Below are positions 9,539 to 19,321 of a stretch of 64,000 nt of DNA, one piece after another. A model generated the notes under the pieces. That model was not told where the DNA came from. It made no database searches and saw only the letters and a list, made by a program, of their open reading frames with translations. The position numbers and the translations under genes are program-made. This stretch comes from Acutalibacteraceae bacterium (GTDB lineage Bacteria > Bacillota > Clostridia > Oscillospirales > Acutalibacteraceae): contig JAZSCL010000047.1 in the NCBI GenBank assembly GCA_045602905.1, forward strand, positions 17,519 through 81,518. Reading direction: 5' to 3'. Numbering within the stretch: position 1 is the stretch's first letter; each line of letters starts with the position of its first letter.

Positions 9539-10467
9539 TATTTGTTACCTCCGTTAAAAAGTGTCATTTCAACGATTACGGGGAAATGGTCTGAGGGATA
9601 AACAAGACCGACGGTGCCTGAATCAACGATGCTTGATTTTACTGATTTGCAATAGCCGTTAACAAACACATAATCGATGGGTTTTGTGTTGAAAACAAAT
9701 GGGTTATAATCGTGATAGGTTGCGCAGTCATCATATTTTTTTGCAAGATATTTTGTGTCTCTGAGCTTGCATGAAAGGATGTTGACATAATTGCCCGAAT
9801 TCTCGGTCATATTGAAATCACCGGTTAAAACAACGGGGATATCCGGTGCGATTTTTGCTATTCTTTCGGCGATAAGAGGAATCGATTCTGCTTTTGCTTT
9901 TGCGCCGACATGATCAAGATGAGTGTTGAAGTGAGCATAAACAAAACCTGTTGTTTTATCCTTTAGAATTGCCCATGTTGTGATTCTGTTACAAGCACCG
10001 TCCCAGCCTTTTGAAGCCATATCGGGAGTTTCGGAAAGCCAGAAGTCGCCCGAATCAACGATTTCATATTTATCTTTGAGGTAGAAAATCGAACTTGATT
10101 CACCCAAAGAAATTCCGTCATCTCTGAATGTGCCGACACGTGCATACTGCGGAAGAGCTTCTTCGAAGGAATCGGTCCACCATTTTTCGGCTTCCTGAAC
10201 TCCGAACGAATCCGCAGAATGTCTTTCGATAATTTTAACAGCCTTCGGGAATCTGTTTTCTCTTGACTGATATCCGTCACCGTTATATTTAAGGTTGAAG
10301 GTCATAACCTTTATATCCTGTGACATTACCTCGTCAGCAATTGGGTTGGGGTTAACGCTGACAAGAGGCTTTTCCGTTTCAACAACGGGAGTGGGTACGG
10401 TTACGGTAAATAATGATGAAATTGAAATCAAAAATGCAACTATTACCTGACAGAATTTGAACAGCAT
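9538..10467 (-). CDS. EEP family protein with hydrophobic leader
   Basis: VMTFN, GVQE, FWLSETP, NTHLDH, TGDFN, PSDH motifs. N-terminal hydrophobic stretch and Pro-rich linker. Confidence 0.9.
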   Translation of the reverse strand: MLFKFCQVIVAFLISISSLFTVTVPTPVVETEKPLVSVNPNPIADEVMSQDIKVMTFNLKYNGDGYQSRENRFPKAVKIIERHSADSFGVQEAEKWWTDSFEEALPQYARVGTFRDDGISLGESSSIFYLKDKYEIVDSGDFWLSETPDMASKGWDGACNRITTWAILKDKTTGFVYAHFNTHLDHVGAKAKAESIPLIAERIAKIAPDIPVVLTGDFNMTENSGNYVNILSCKLRDTKYLAKKYDDCATYHDYNPFVFNTKPIDYVFVNGYCKSVKSSIVDSGTVGLVYPSDHFPVIVEMTLFNGGNK

Positions 10468-10479
10468 GCTTATTCTCCT

Positions 10480-11373
10480 TTATCCGTTTATGAGAGTCAT
10501 CTGAGAAATAACGGGATGGTGGTCGGATGCGATTATTCCGTCATATTCGGTTGTGTCAACGGTGTAGCTTTTAACAGCCGATGCCATGCTGTTAACAAAA
10601 ACGAAATCAATGGGAGCTTCTTTCTTTGTGAGCTCAGAATAACCGTGATATGTAATGTTTCCGCCGCTTACGGATTCTGCAAGATATTTTGTATCCTTGA
10701 GACCTGTTTCAAGAACACGGTTATACATATCTTCGCCCTCATAGTCATTGAGATCCCCCGTGAAAACAACGGGGAAGGTGTTGCAGATTTTTGTTATTTT
10801 TTCGGCAACAACGGCAACGGATTCAAGCCTTGCAATAACTCCGATATGGTCGAAGTGAGCATTGAAATGAGCATAAACAAAGCCTGTAGAGATATCTCGG
10901 AGAACTGCATATGTACAGATTCTGTTGAGCATTGCATCCCAGCCTCTTGAGGGCTTTTCGGGAGTTTTTGAAAGCCAGAATGTACCTGAATCAAGCAATT
11001 CATATTTGTCTTTTTTATAGAAAACAGGGCTTGCTTCACCGCCGCCGCCCAAATCTCTGCCTATGCCGACATAAGCGTATTCGGGCATTTCTGCTGCGAT
11101 TCTTTCAATCCAACCGGAATCAGCTTCCTGAAGACCGAATGAATCGGGCATATATCTGCGGATGTTTTTTACAACAAGAGGTGTTCTGTTTTCGGGCGAT
11201 TTTTCTCCCGTGCCGCTGATGTAAACATTGTAGGTCATAACAGTAACATCCTGCGTTCTTTTAGCTTCCGCAACGGGAGCGGGATTAACGTTTTTTACGG
11301 GCGTGGGAGTGTAGAAAATCGTGAGTACTGCAGTTACAACCGCAAAAAAAGCTCTGATAATTTTGTCGATCAT
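10480..11373 (-). CDS. EEP family protein with hydrophobic leader
   Basis: VMTYN, GLQE, FWLSKTP, NAHFDH, TGDLN, SDH motifs. N-terminal hydrophobic stretch and Pro-rich linker. Confidence 0.9.
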   Translation of the reverse strand: MIDKIIRAFFAVVTAVLTIFYTPTPVKNVNPAPVAEAKRTQDVTVMTYNVYISGTGEKSPENRTPLVVKNIRRYMPDSFGLQEADSGWIERIAAEMPEYAYVGIGRDLGGGGEASPVFYKKDKYELLDSGTFWLSKTPEKPSRGWDAMLNRICTYAVLRDISTGFVYAHFNAHFDHIGVIARLESVAVVAEKITKICNTFPVVFTGDLNDYEGEDMYNRVLETGLKDTKYLAESVSGGNITYHGYSELTKKEAPIDFVFVNSMASAVKSYTVDTTEYDGIIASDHHPVISQMTLING

Positions 11374-11375
11374 TT

Positions 11376-12884
11376 TTATCTCTCCTTAATATAATTTGTA
11401 AGTGCCGATATATCAAGCAAATCAATGTTTACGGCGTTCAAAATAACTTCGTAAACATCTTTTGCCGTTTTCATTATTCCGCCGGATTCGTTGCTTTCAA
11501 AATTGAGAACGATAATCGGGTCATGTACGCTCAGGCGAACAAGAAACCAGCCGTTTCCGCAGGATTCATCTGTGTTGATGCGGATGCCTTCGCGGTTATC
11601 ATCAGCAGATGACCAGCCGACTTTTTCTTTTGCGGCGGTTTCGAAAAGAGAAATAATTTTTTCGCCTTCGGGTCTGAAATCGTCGCAAAGAATTCTGAAT
11701 CTCATTTCCTTTTCTTCTTCAGCCTCACCAAGGTTTTCAATAAGACTGTCGAGTGTTTTATTCTGCTTCGAGAGCGATGCGGCTTCGATAATCAGCTTTG
11801 TAATGAGGTATGCACCGTCATCAAGATAATAGTTTTCCGCAAATGCGGCATGTCCCGATGTTTCCATTGCAAGAGGACACCTGATACCGCTGCTTTCAAG
11901 TTCAATCTGCTTGTTGATAACATTGCGGTAGCCTCTTTTGTATCTGTAGTGAACACCGCCGTTTGCTTTTATGAATTCCGCAAGACCGTCGGAGGTTACG
12001 CTGTCGGTAACGATTGTACCGCCTTTGCAGGAATCAAGAGCAATTTTTGAAGCTAAGGCAACAAGTCGGTTGCGGTTTATTTCGAATCCGCCTTTGCCTA
12101 CACAAGCGGCTCTGTCAACATCGGTGTCGAATATAACGCCGAAATCGGCATTTGCGTCAACCGCCGCTTTTGAAACGCAAGCCATTGCTTCTGCGTTTTC
12201 GGGATTCGGAGCGTGGTTGGGGAATCTGCCGTCGGGTTCAAGGAAAACACTTCCCGAAATATCCGCACCGAGAGGTTCAAGCACATCGTAAGCGTAGAAG
12301 CCGCCTGCTCCGTTGCCTGCGTCAACAACGATTTTCATTCCGTCAAGGGGTTTTTCGTCGCCTACGCCTTTGATTATCATTTCACGGAGGATTTCTGCGT
12401 ATCTCTTCATGAAATTATAGGCTTTGCATTCTCCGTTTTCGTTGCCGAGAGGAATGATTTTTTCTGCAGATTCAAGGATGTCGGCAATATCCGAGCCGTC
12501 AAGTCCGCCGTTACGGGTGAAGAATTTGAGACCGTTTCTGTCTTTGGGATGATGGCTTGCAGTAATCTGTACCGCACCGTCACAGCCCATATCAACGGTA
12601 GTCATGAACATTGCGGGAGTAGAGGAAAGACCGCAGTCCGCAACATCAATTCCGTTTGATATAAGAGCTTTTATAACTGCAGCTTTTATTCTTTCTGCGG
12701 AAAGTCTGCTGTCGTGTCCAACCGAAACAAAAAGTTTTTCCTTGCCTGTTTTTTCTTTGAGCCATAAAGCAAATGCAGCCGCACACCTCATAACCATTTC
12801 ATCGCTCATGAAAAGAGGATTTGTTTCATCTCCGAGAGCGTATCCTCTTATATCGCTGCCGCTTTTGAATTTTGAATAATCCAC
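11376..12884 (-). CDS. Phosphomannomutase/phosphoglucomutase
   Basis: GSDIRG, catalytic TASHH, metal loop DTDVDR, ETSGH. Confidence 0.92.
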   Translation of the reverse strand: MDYSKFKSGSDIRGYALGDETNPLFMSDEMVMRCAAAFALWLKEKTGKEKLFVSVGHDSRLSAERIKAAVIKALISNGIDVADCGLSSTPAMFMTTVDMGCDGAVQITASHHPKDRNGLKFFTRNGGLDGSDIADILESAEKIIPLGNENGECKAYNFMKRYAEILREMIIKGVGDEKPLDGMKIVVDAGNGAGGFYAYDVLEPLGADISGSVFLEPDGRFPNHAPNPENAEAMACVSKAAVDANADFGVIFDTDVDRAACVGKGGFEINRNRLVALASKIALDSCKGGTIVTDSVTSDGLAEFIKANGGVHYRYKRGYRNVINKQIELESSGIRCPLAMETSGHAAFAENYYLDDGAYLITKLIIEAASLSKQNKTLDSLIENLGEAEEEKEMRFRILCDDFRPEGEKIISLFETAAKEKVGWSSADDNREGIRINTDESCGNGWFLVRLSVHDPIIVLNFESNESGGIMKTAKDVYEVILNAVNIDLLDISALTNYIKER

Positions 12885-12886
12885 GG

Positions 12887-13570
12887 TTATCCCTCCTTCG
12901 AGAAATATTCATCAGAAACCTTAAGCAGGAATTTATACATCGGTGAATACGCTTTATAGGTTTCACGCATGATTTTTATGATTGTTTCGTCTTCAAGATC
13001 CTCAAGCCGACCTGAAAACATAATAAAACCGACATCTTTTGCGTTATAGTATTCTTCAAGACCTTCGGGACATCCGGGGAAAGGTCTTTTGTATTTTCTG
13101 TTGAAGAATTGAGAGCCTGTGGCGACGCATAAATCAGCCGCTTTTCTGAATTCTTCGGGATTCTCACGCAGATTCTTTCTGAATGCTTCAAGAAGACCGG
13201 GCTCATCACCGAAAAATCCTACACCGAGAGAGTAGTTGACGGGTGTAACCTCAAACCACATACACGGATATCCTCTCCATTCATGTTTGGGACGCATGAA
13301 CATTATCCACATATTCTCACGGTAAAGACTCTTATCCTTGGTGTAGCGTGTGTCACGGCGAACTCTGGAAACCATTTTTGTGGGGATGGTATTCATAAGA
13401 GGGTCAAGGGAAATAAGTTCTTCGCCGAGTATTCCCGCAAGCTGGCGCATGGGGATTGTCATTGAATTTTTGATTTGTTCCTTGTGTTCTTCGTAATATG
13501 CTTTTGAATCCCTGAAACGGTTATCCGCCATAAGAAACAGCGCATCACGGGTTATTCCTTTGTATTCCAT
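12887..13570 (-). CDS. DUF2461 family protein
   Basis: N-terminal N-x-K-x-YYEEHK pattern and RVRRDTRYTKDKSLYR motif. Confidence 0.8.
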   Translation of the reverse strand: MEYKGITRDALFLMADNRFRDSKAYYEEHKEQIKNSMTIPMRQLAGILGEELISLDPLMNTIPTKMVSRVRRDTRYTKDKSLYRENMWIMFMRPKHEWRGYPCMWFEVTPVNYSLGVGFFGDEPGLLEAFRKNLRENPEEFRKAADLCVATGSQFFNRKYKRPFPGCPEGLEEYYNAKDVGFIMFSGRLEDLEDETIIKIMRETYKAYSPMYKFLLKVSDEYFSKEG

Positions 13571-14836
13571 TTATATCAGCCCCTTCTTTGAGAGCTTTTC
13601 AGCTGCGAGCATAATTGCGGTTTTTGCCGAATGGAAGTTGATTCCGCCCTGAAGCCATACGGCGTAAGGTTCGCGAAGGGGAGCATCAGCCGAAAGCTCG
13701 ATTGATGAACCGAGTATGAATGCACCAGCTGCCATAATAACCTTGCTGTCATAGCCGGGCATATCCCACGGCTCGGGAACAACATACGAATCAACGGGTG
13801 CACCGCTCTGAATTCCCTGACAGAACTCAATAAGTCTTTCTGGAGTTTCGAGGCAGAGAGCCTGAATAATGTCGTGACGGCTTTCGTTGCTTGAGGGAGT
13901 GACTTTGAAACCGAGATTTTCAAAGAGTGCAGCTGCAAAAACAGCAGCCTGCAAAGCCTGACCCACAACATGAGGAGCATTGAAAATGCCCATATACATA
14001 TTTCTGTTTTCTCCGAGGGTACAGCCGACTTCCTTGCCTAAGCCGGGAGTGGTTGCTCTGTACGCACAAAGTTCAACAAGGTCTGCTCTGCCTGCTATGT
14101 AGCCGCCCGTACGGGCGATTGAACCGCCAGCATTCTTGATTAATGAGCCTGCAATGAGGTCTGCGCCGACATCGGTAGGCTCAAGCTTTTCAACAAGCTC
14201 GCCGTAGCAGTTATCAACCATAACAACGGCGTCGGATTTTGCGTGAACAAGCTCTGCAATTTCGCCGATTTCCTTAACGGAAAGGCTGGGGCGGAGACTG
14301 TAGCCTCTTGAACGCTGAATATAAACCATTTTCGGATTTGTTTCAAGAGCCTTTTCAATGGCGGCAAGGTCGGGTCTGCCGTTTTCATCAAGGTCAACCT
14401 GAGCATAGCCGATGCCGTAATCCTTAAGTGAGCCCATACCTTCTCCGCTCAAACCGATAACGCTGTGGATGGTGTCATAGGGAGTGCCCGTAACGCAGAG
14501 CATGGTGTCCCCCGGTCGGAGTACACCGAAAAGAGCAACAGCAAGAGTGTGAGTGCCGCAGGTGAAGCTGTGGCGCACTATTGCATCCTCTGCACCGAAA
14601 ATCTCAGCATAGATTCTGTCAAGCTTGTCTCTGCCGCTGTCGCCGTAGCCGTAGCCCGTTGAGCCTGCGAAGTCTGCTTCGCTGACACGGTTGTTTATAA
14701 ACGCTGACAGAACCTTCTGCTGATTATATTCCGTTATTTCTTCAATTTCACTGAGCTTTGCTGATGCTTTCTTCAATGCATCATCGCTCGCAATTTTTAT
14801 TTTTTCGCTTATTTCAAAAAAGTTTTTAGTTTCCAT
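13571..14836 (-). CDS. Methionine gamma-lyase-like / aluminium-resistance YnbB family PLP enzyme
   Basis: STGYGYGDSGRD, GTH, GTPYDT, IQRSRGY, VDNCYGE, AGSLIKN, SSIELSADAP motifs. Confidence 0.9.
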   Translation of the reverse strand: METKNFFEISEKIKIASDDALKKASAKLSEIEEITEYNQQKVLSAFINNRVSEADFAGSTGYGYGDSGRDKLDRIYAEIFGAEDAIVRHSFTCGTHTLAVALFGVLRPGDTMLCVTGTPYDTIHSVIGLSGEGMGSLKDYGIGYAQVDLDENGRPDLAAIEKALETNPKMVYIQRSRGYSLRPSLSVKEIGEIAELVHAKSDAVVMVDNCYGELVEKLEPTDVGADLIAGSLIKNAGGSIARTGGYIAGRADLVELCAYRATTPGLGKEVGCTLGENRNMYMGIFNAPHVVGQALQAAVFAAALFENLGFKVTPSSNESRHDIIQALCLETPERLIEFCQGIQSGAPVDSYVVPEPWDMPGYDSKVIMAAGAFILGSSIELSADAPLREPYAVWLQGGINFHSAKTAIMLAAEKLSKKGLI

Positions 14837-14840
14837 ATCT

Positions 14841-16274
14841 TTACCTTTTATATATTCTGTTCAATGATTTAAAAAATTCTTTGTTTGCACCGTCAAGCTG
14901 CTCTTTTGTAACACGGTAGCTCCAGTTTCCGTCTGCAACACCGGGAGTGTTTATTCTTGTATCCGAGCCATACATAAGAAAATCCTGAATCGGTATAACA
15001 GCAAGATCGCTGACACTTGCAAAAATCGCACGAAGGAAAAGAGGACTTGCATTTCCCCAATCGCCGCCGCCGAATCCGCAGTAGTCAAGAGCTCTGCGGC
15101 GTGTGGCCTCATCACTTTCCCAAAGAAATCCGAAAATGGTGTTGTTATCGTGTGTACCCGAGTACGCAACAGAATTCCTGATATAATTATGAGGCATGTG
15201 AATGCTGTTTCCGTCATCAAGAAATCCGAACTGGAAAACTCTCATACCCGGGAATCCGCTTTTATCAACGAGTTCACGCACTTCGTCCGTGATATCGCCA
15301 AGATCTTCGGCTATGATAAGCTTATCTTCATTGCCTTTTTTGATTGCTTCAACGAAATCCATGCCCGGACCTTTTACCCATACACCGTTTCTTGCTGTTT
15401 TTTCGTTTGCATCAACTGACCAATAGGCTTCAATTGCTCTGAAGTGGTCTATTCGCACGCCGTCAAACATGGTAAGAGCGTGATTCATTCGTTCTCTCCA
15501 CCATGCAAATCCTTCTTTTTTCATTTCGTCCCAGTCATAAAGAGGATTTCCCCAAAGCTGACCGTTTTCCGCAAAATAATCGGGCGGAACACCCGCTACT
15601 CTTGACGGATAACCTTTTTCGTTAATCTGAAACAGATTTTTGTTTTCCCACACATCACAGCTGTCATCCGAAACATAGATGGGGATATCGCCGATTATGC
15701 TGACTCCCTTTGAGTTTGCGTAAGCTTTGATTTCTGCCCATTGAGTGAAAAATTCATACTGAATGAACTGCCACATACCGAGCGTTTCAGTGTCTGTTAT
15801 CTCGTTTGATTCCCATTCCTGCCAAGGCTTTTCGTTGTTTTGCGAACGCAGGGTCATGAATTTACAAAAAGAATCAATACGGGGATGTTTTTTGATGAAA
15901 TCCGAAACAACATCAAGATCTTTGAAATTTTTGTATGCCTTTCTCAGAATTGCAAGGCGCTCTTTGTGGAGTCTCTCAAATTCAGCAACATAGGGAGTTT
16001 TTTGTTTGCATTCGTCAAGGTCGGATTTCGAAATCAATCCGTCTTTATAAAGCTTTTCAGGGTCTACGAAATAGGGGTTGCCGCCGAATGCTGAAAATGA
16101 TTTGTAAGGCGAGTTGTATTCATCGGTAACGGTAAACGGCAAAACCTGCCATACCGAAAATCCCGAATCAACAAGAAAATCTATAAATTCAAAGGCGTTT
16201 TTTCCGAATGTGCCTGTTGAATAATCGCCGTAAAGCGAAGAGATATGCATAAGAATTCCGCTTTGTCTTTTCAT
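14841..16274 (-). CDS. malQ: 4-alpha-glucanotransferase (amylomaltase, GH77)
   Basis: SGILMHISSL, GDIPIYV, GVPPDYF, GQLWGNP, RIDHFR, IAEDLG, GTHDN motifs. ATG 16274 has an AAGGTG RBS. Confidence 0.95.
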   Translation of the reverse strand: MKRQSGILMHISSLYGDYSTGTFGKNAFEFIDFLVDSGFSVWQVLPFTVTDEYNSPYKSFSAFGGNPYFVDPEKLYKDGLISKSDLDECKQKTPYVAEFERLHKERLAILRKAYKNFKDLDVVSDFIKKHPRIDSFCKFMTLRSQNNEKPWQEWESNEITDTETLGMWQFIQYEFFTQWAEIKAYANSKGVSIIGDIPIYVSDDSCDVWENKNLFQINEKGYPSRVAGVPPDYFAENGQLWGNPLYDWDEMKKEGFAWWRERMNHALTMFDGVRIDHFRAIEAYWSVDANEKTARNGVWVKGPGMDFVEAIKKGNEDKLIIAEDLGDITDEVRELVDKSGFPGMRVFQFGFLDDGNSIHMPHNYIRNSVAYSGTHDNNTIFGFLWESDEATRRRALDYCGFGGGDWGNASPLFLRAIFASVSDLAVIPIQDFLMYGSDTRINTPGVADGNWSYRVTKEQLDGANKEFFKSLNRIYKR

Positions 16275-16410
16275 AGGGTACACCTTTCTTTCAGTTTGAT
16301 AAAATTATAGCATATTAATGTAATAAAATAAAGTTATTTTGAAAAAAACTTGATATTTGCATAGATATGATTTAAAATTAAAATATCAGAATATAATCGG
16401 AGGAAAGAAA

Positions 16411-17148
16411 ATGTCAAAAGCTGTTGAATATTTTGAAAATCTCAATAAAATCATATCACGAATCGCTGCCGAACAAATAGATAATATAGAAGCTGCCGCC
16501 CGTGCAGTTGCAGATACGCTCGAAAACGGTGGCAGAATTCATACCTTCGGCACGGGTCATTCCCATATGCTTGCGGAAGAGATATTCTACCGTGCCGGTG
16601 GATTGGTTAATGTTAATCCTATTCTTGAAACAGGCCTTATGCTCCATGAAAGTGCGTCAAAAAGTACTGTGCTTGAGCGACTTGAAGGCTATGGCGAAAT
16701 ACTTATGGATGACCACGATGTTAAAAAAGGAGATTTACTTTTTCTTTTCTCGAATTCGGGCAGAAACGGAGTTGCAATTGACCTTGCATTAATTGCCGAA
16801 GAAAAAGGCATCACAACAGTTGTTATAACCAACATGGAGCATACAATGCAGGGAAAATCAAGGCATTCAAGCGGTAAAAAGCTTTATGAGCTTGGAACAA
16901 TCGTAATCGATAACTGCGGATGCATAGGCGACGCATCGATGCTTATCCCCGAAATAGGCAGAAATGTTGCGCCTACTTCCACATCTGCAGGTGCCGCAAT
17001 TCTTAATGCAATTGAAGCAAGAGCTGTTGAACTGATGTTCGCAGACGGATTCGCACCCGAAGTTTTCTCAAGCAGTAATGTTGACGGCGGAGACGAAATA
17101 AATAATGCTTTTGTTGCGAAATACAAAAAGGAGATAAGGTCATTATGA
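16411..17148 (+). CDS. SIS (sugar isomerase) domain protein
   Basis: FGTGHSH, EEIFYRAGGL, SNSGRN, IDNCG motifs. GGAGG RBS before ATG 16411. Confidence 0.85.
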   Translation: MSKAVEYFENLNKIISRIAAEQIDNIEAAARAVADTLENGGRIHTFGTGHSHMLAEEIFYRAGGLVNVNPILETGLMLHESASKSTVLERLEGYGEILMDDHDVKKGDLLFLFSNSGRNGVAIDLALIAEEKGITTVVITNMEHTMQGKSRHSSGKKLYELGTIVIDNCGCIGDASMLIPEIGRNVAPTSTSAGAAILNAIEARAVELMFADGFAPEVFSSSNVDGGDEINNAFVAKYKKEIRSL

Positions 17149-18812
17149 TATATCCGGCATTCCAGAAAGAAAACAAAACGGAATATATTGCTTTTGATGT
17201 ATCAGAAATCATTGTTTCGGGATTTGAAAAGGAATTTTTTGAAAGCAGAATTGCAGAATCCGGATCAAATAAGCGTAAAGGCAACGAGCTTTACATAAAT
17301 ATAATCAAAGAGAATTCATACCGCACCGAATACATTGAAGAAGCAAGCCGTATAACAGACGAAAAATCCATAATAAATGCTGAAAAAGACGGCGACAAGC
17401 TTTGTGTCAACATAACCGTTTCAGGCAAAAAGAGCCTGTTCAGAGCGATATGCAGAATCAAGCAGATGATCAATGCAAAATGCTTCTTTATCGGAGAAGT
17501 AATTGATTATCCGTTGTTTGCCGAAAGGGGCTATATAGAAGGATTCTACGGCACTCCGTGGAATTCTGAAACCCGTATTTCAAACCTTAAACTATTATCG
17601 TCTTACGGTATGAATACTCATTATTATGCGCCGAAAGATGACCCTTATCACCGCGATAAATGGGATGAATTGTATCCTGAAAAAGAACTGAATCAGCTTA
17701 AAGAATTATCTGAGATTTGCAGAGAAAATTTTGTTGATTTTCATTATTGTATCGCTCCGGGACTCAGTATGAAGTATACTTCTCAGGAAGATTTTGCGAA
17801 GCTGACTTGTAAAGTTGAACAGCTTTACAATATCGGAATCAGAAATTTCGGACTTCTTCTTGACGATATTCCCGAAAATCTTTGGTTTGAGGAAGATATA
17901 GAAGCTTTTGACGGCGAATCCGTCAATGCCCACATATATTTGGTTAACAGATTTTATAATTATATTTCCGAATCGTTTTCAGAGGAATGCAGGCTTACAG
18001 TTTGTCCGTTGCAGTATCACGGAAAGGGAGATGAATATTTCATATCAAAGCTTGGCAAAGGAATACCGTCAAAGGTCAAGCTGTTCTGGACAGGAAAAAA
18101 CATCTGCTCTCAGGAGTTGACCGTGCGTGAAGCGGTTATATTCGAGAATTCAACAAATCATAAACCTCTTTATTGGGACAACTTCCCTGTTAACGATGCT
18201 GAAATGCAGAATGAGATGCATATCGGCTATATCAACGGCAGAGAAAGGGATTTGTACCGTTATTCCGACGGAATAATTTCAAATGTAATGGAATTTGGTG
18301 TGTCAAGCAGAATACCTTTACTTACTGTCTGCGATTATCTTTGGAATCCCGTTTTATATAATGGTTATGAATCATGGCAAAAAGCTTGTGAAATTGTTCT
18401 CGGTAATGAAAAAGATACTCTTGCGCCTCTTCTTGACAATCTTTTGATATCGTGCCTGAAGGTTGAGAATTCACCTATGATGAATATTGTGTTGAATGAG
18501 GCACAGCAGAGATATTTTTCGGGTGATACTTCCGGTGCGTACGGTGCTATGAAGTGTTATATTGAAAAGCTTAAAAAATGTGTTGAATATACCGAAACTG
18601 TTGATACACCTTTGATTTGTGAACTCAGACCTTGGGCAGAAAAGCAGAAAATTGCTCTTGAATTGCTTGAGTCAGCAACTGAAACTCTTATGAACAATTC
18701 GGATGAAATCAAGCAGAACACGAGAGAAATTCTGAAAAAATATCTTGCACATCCCAAAACACTTTGCGATTTTTCGCTTCAGAGTTTTGCTGAAAGGACG
18801 TTAACAATATGA
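17145..18812 (+). CDS. GH84 beta-N-acetylglucosaminidase (O-GlcNAcase/NagJ-like), no signal peptide
   Basis: RGYIEGFYGTPW, YAPKDDPYHR, catalytic LLLDDI, WTG, WDNFPVND motifs. Confidence 0.9.
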   Translation: MIYPAFQKENKTEYIAFDVSEIIVSGFEKEFFESRIAESGSNKRKGNELYINIIKENSYRTEYIEEASRITDEKSIINAEKDGDKLCVNITVSGKKSLFRAICRIKQMINAKCFFIGEVIDYPLFAERGYIEGFYGTPWNSETRISNLKLLSSYGMNTHYYAPKDDPYHRDKWDELYPEKELNQLKELSEICRENFVDFHYCIAPGLSMKYTSQEDFAKLTCKVEQLYNIGIRNFGLLLDDIPENLWFEEDIEAFDGESVNAHIYLVNRFYNYISESFSEECRLTVCPLQYHGKGDEYFISKLGKGIPSKVKLFWTGKNICSQELTVREAVIFENSTNHKPLYWDNFPVNDAEMQNEMHIGYINGRERDLYRYSDGIISNVMEFGVSSRIPLLTVCDYLWNPVLYNGYESWQKACEIVLGNEKDTLAPLLDNLLISCLKVENSPMMNIVLNEAQQRYFSGDTSGAYGAMKCYIEKLKKCVEYTETVDTPLICELRPWAEKQKIALELLESATETLMNNSDEIKQNTREILKKYLAHPKTLCDFSLQSFAERTLTI

Positions 18813-19321
18813 GCAGCAAATTACATCCCGCATTAAAGGATGCCTATGAGCGTCTTTATCACAGAACTCCGCTTGGATTTTATAATTGCGGAAGAATCTG
18901 CGACGGACTCTGTTGCAGAGGTGACTGTAAAGGTATGTGGCTTTACCCGTATGAGGAAGAATTTTTCATAAACAGAGAAGGCTTTGAAATCTGCGAGACC
19001 GAAGGAAACTTCGGATATCCAATGGTAATCTGTTCGGGAGAATGCAACAGGGACGAAAGACCTCTTGCTTGCCGTATTTTCCCTCTTTTTCCGATTGTTT
19101 ATGAAGATAACGGAAAGAATAAAATCAAGGTTATATATGACCCGAGGGCAGGGATGTGTCCCTTGGCAAGAGAAAACCGCCTTCTTGACCCTAAATTCGT
19201 TAAAGAGGTCAGAATGGCGGCAAGGTCTTTGATGCGAGAACCGAAAATTCTGGAATATATGAAAGCAGTCAGCGAGGAGCTGATTGAGATTTTAGAGCTT
19301 AAGCATATGCTTGGAGAGTGA
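18809..19321 (+). CDS. YkgJ-like (CxxCxxCC) cysteine-cluster protein
   Basis: CGRICDGLCC ... RPLACRIFP ... CP pattern. Confidence 0.7.
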   Translation: MSSKLHPALKDAYERLYHRTPLGFYNCGRICDGLCCRGDCKGMWLYPYEEEFFINREGFEICETEGNFGYPMVICSGECNRDERPLACRIFPLFPIVYEDNGKNKIKVIYDPRAGMCPLARENRLLDPKFVKEVRMAARSLMREPKILEYMKAVSEELIEILELKHMLGE

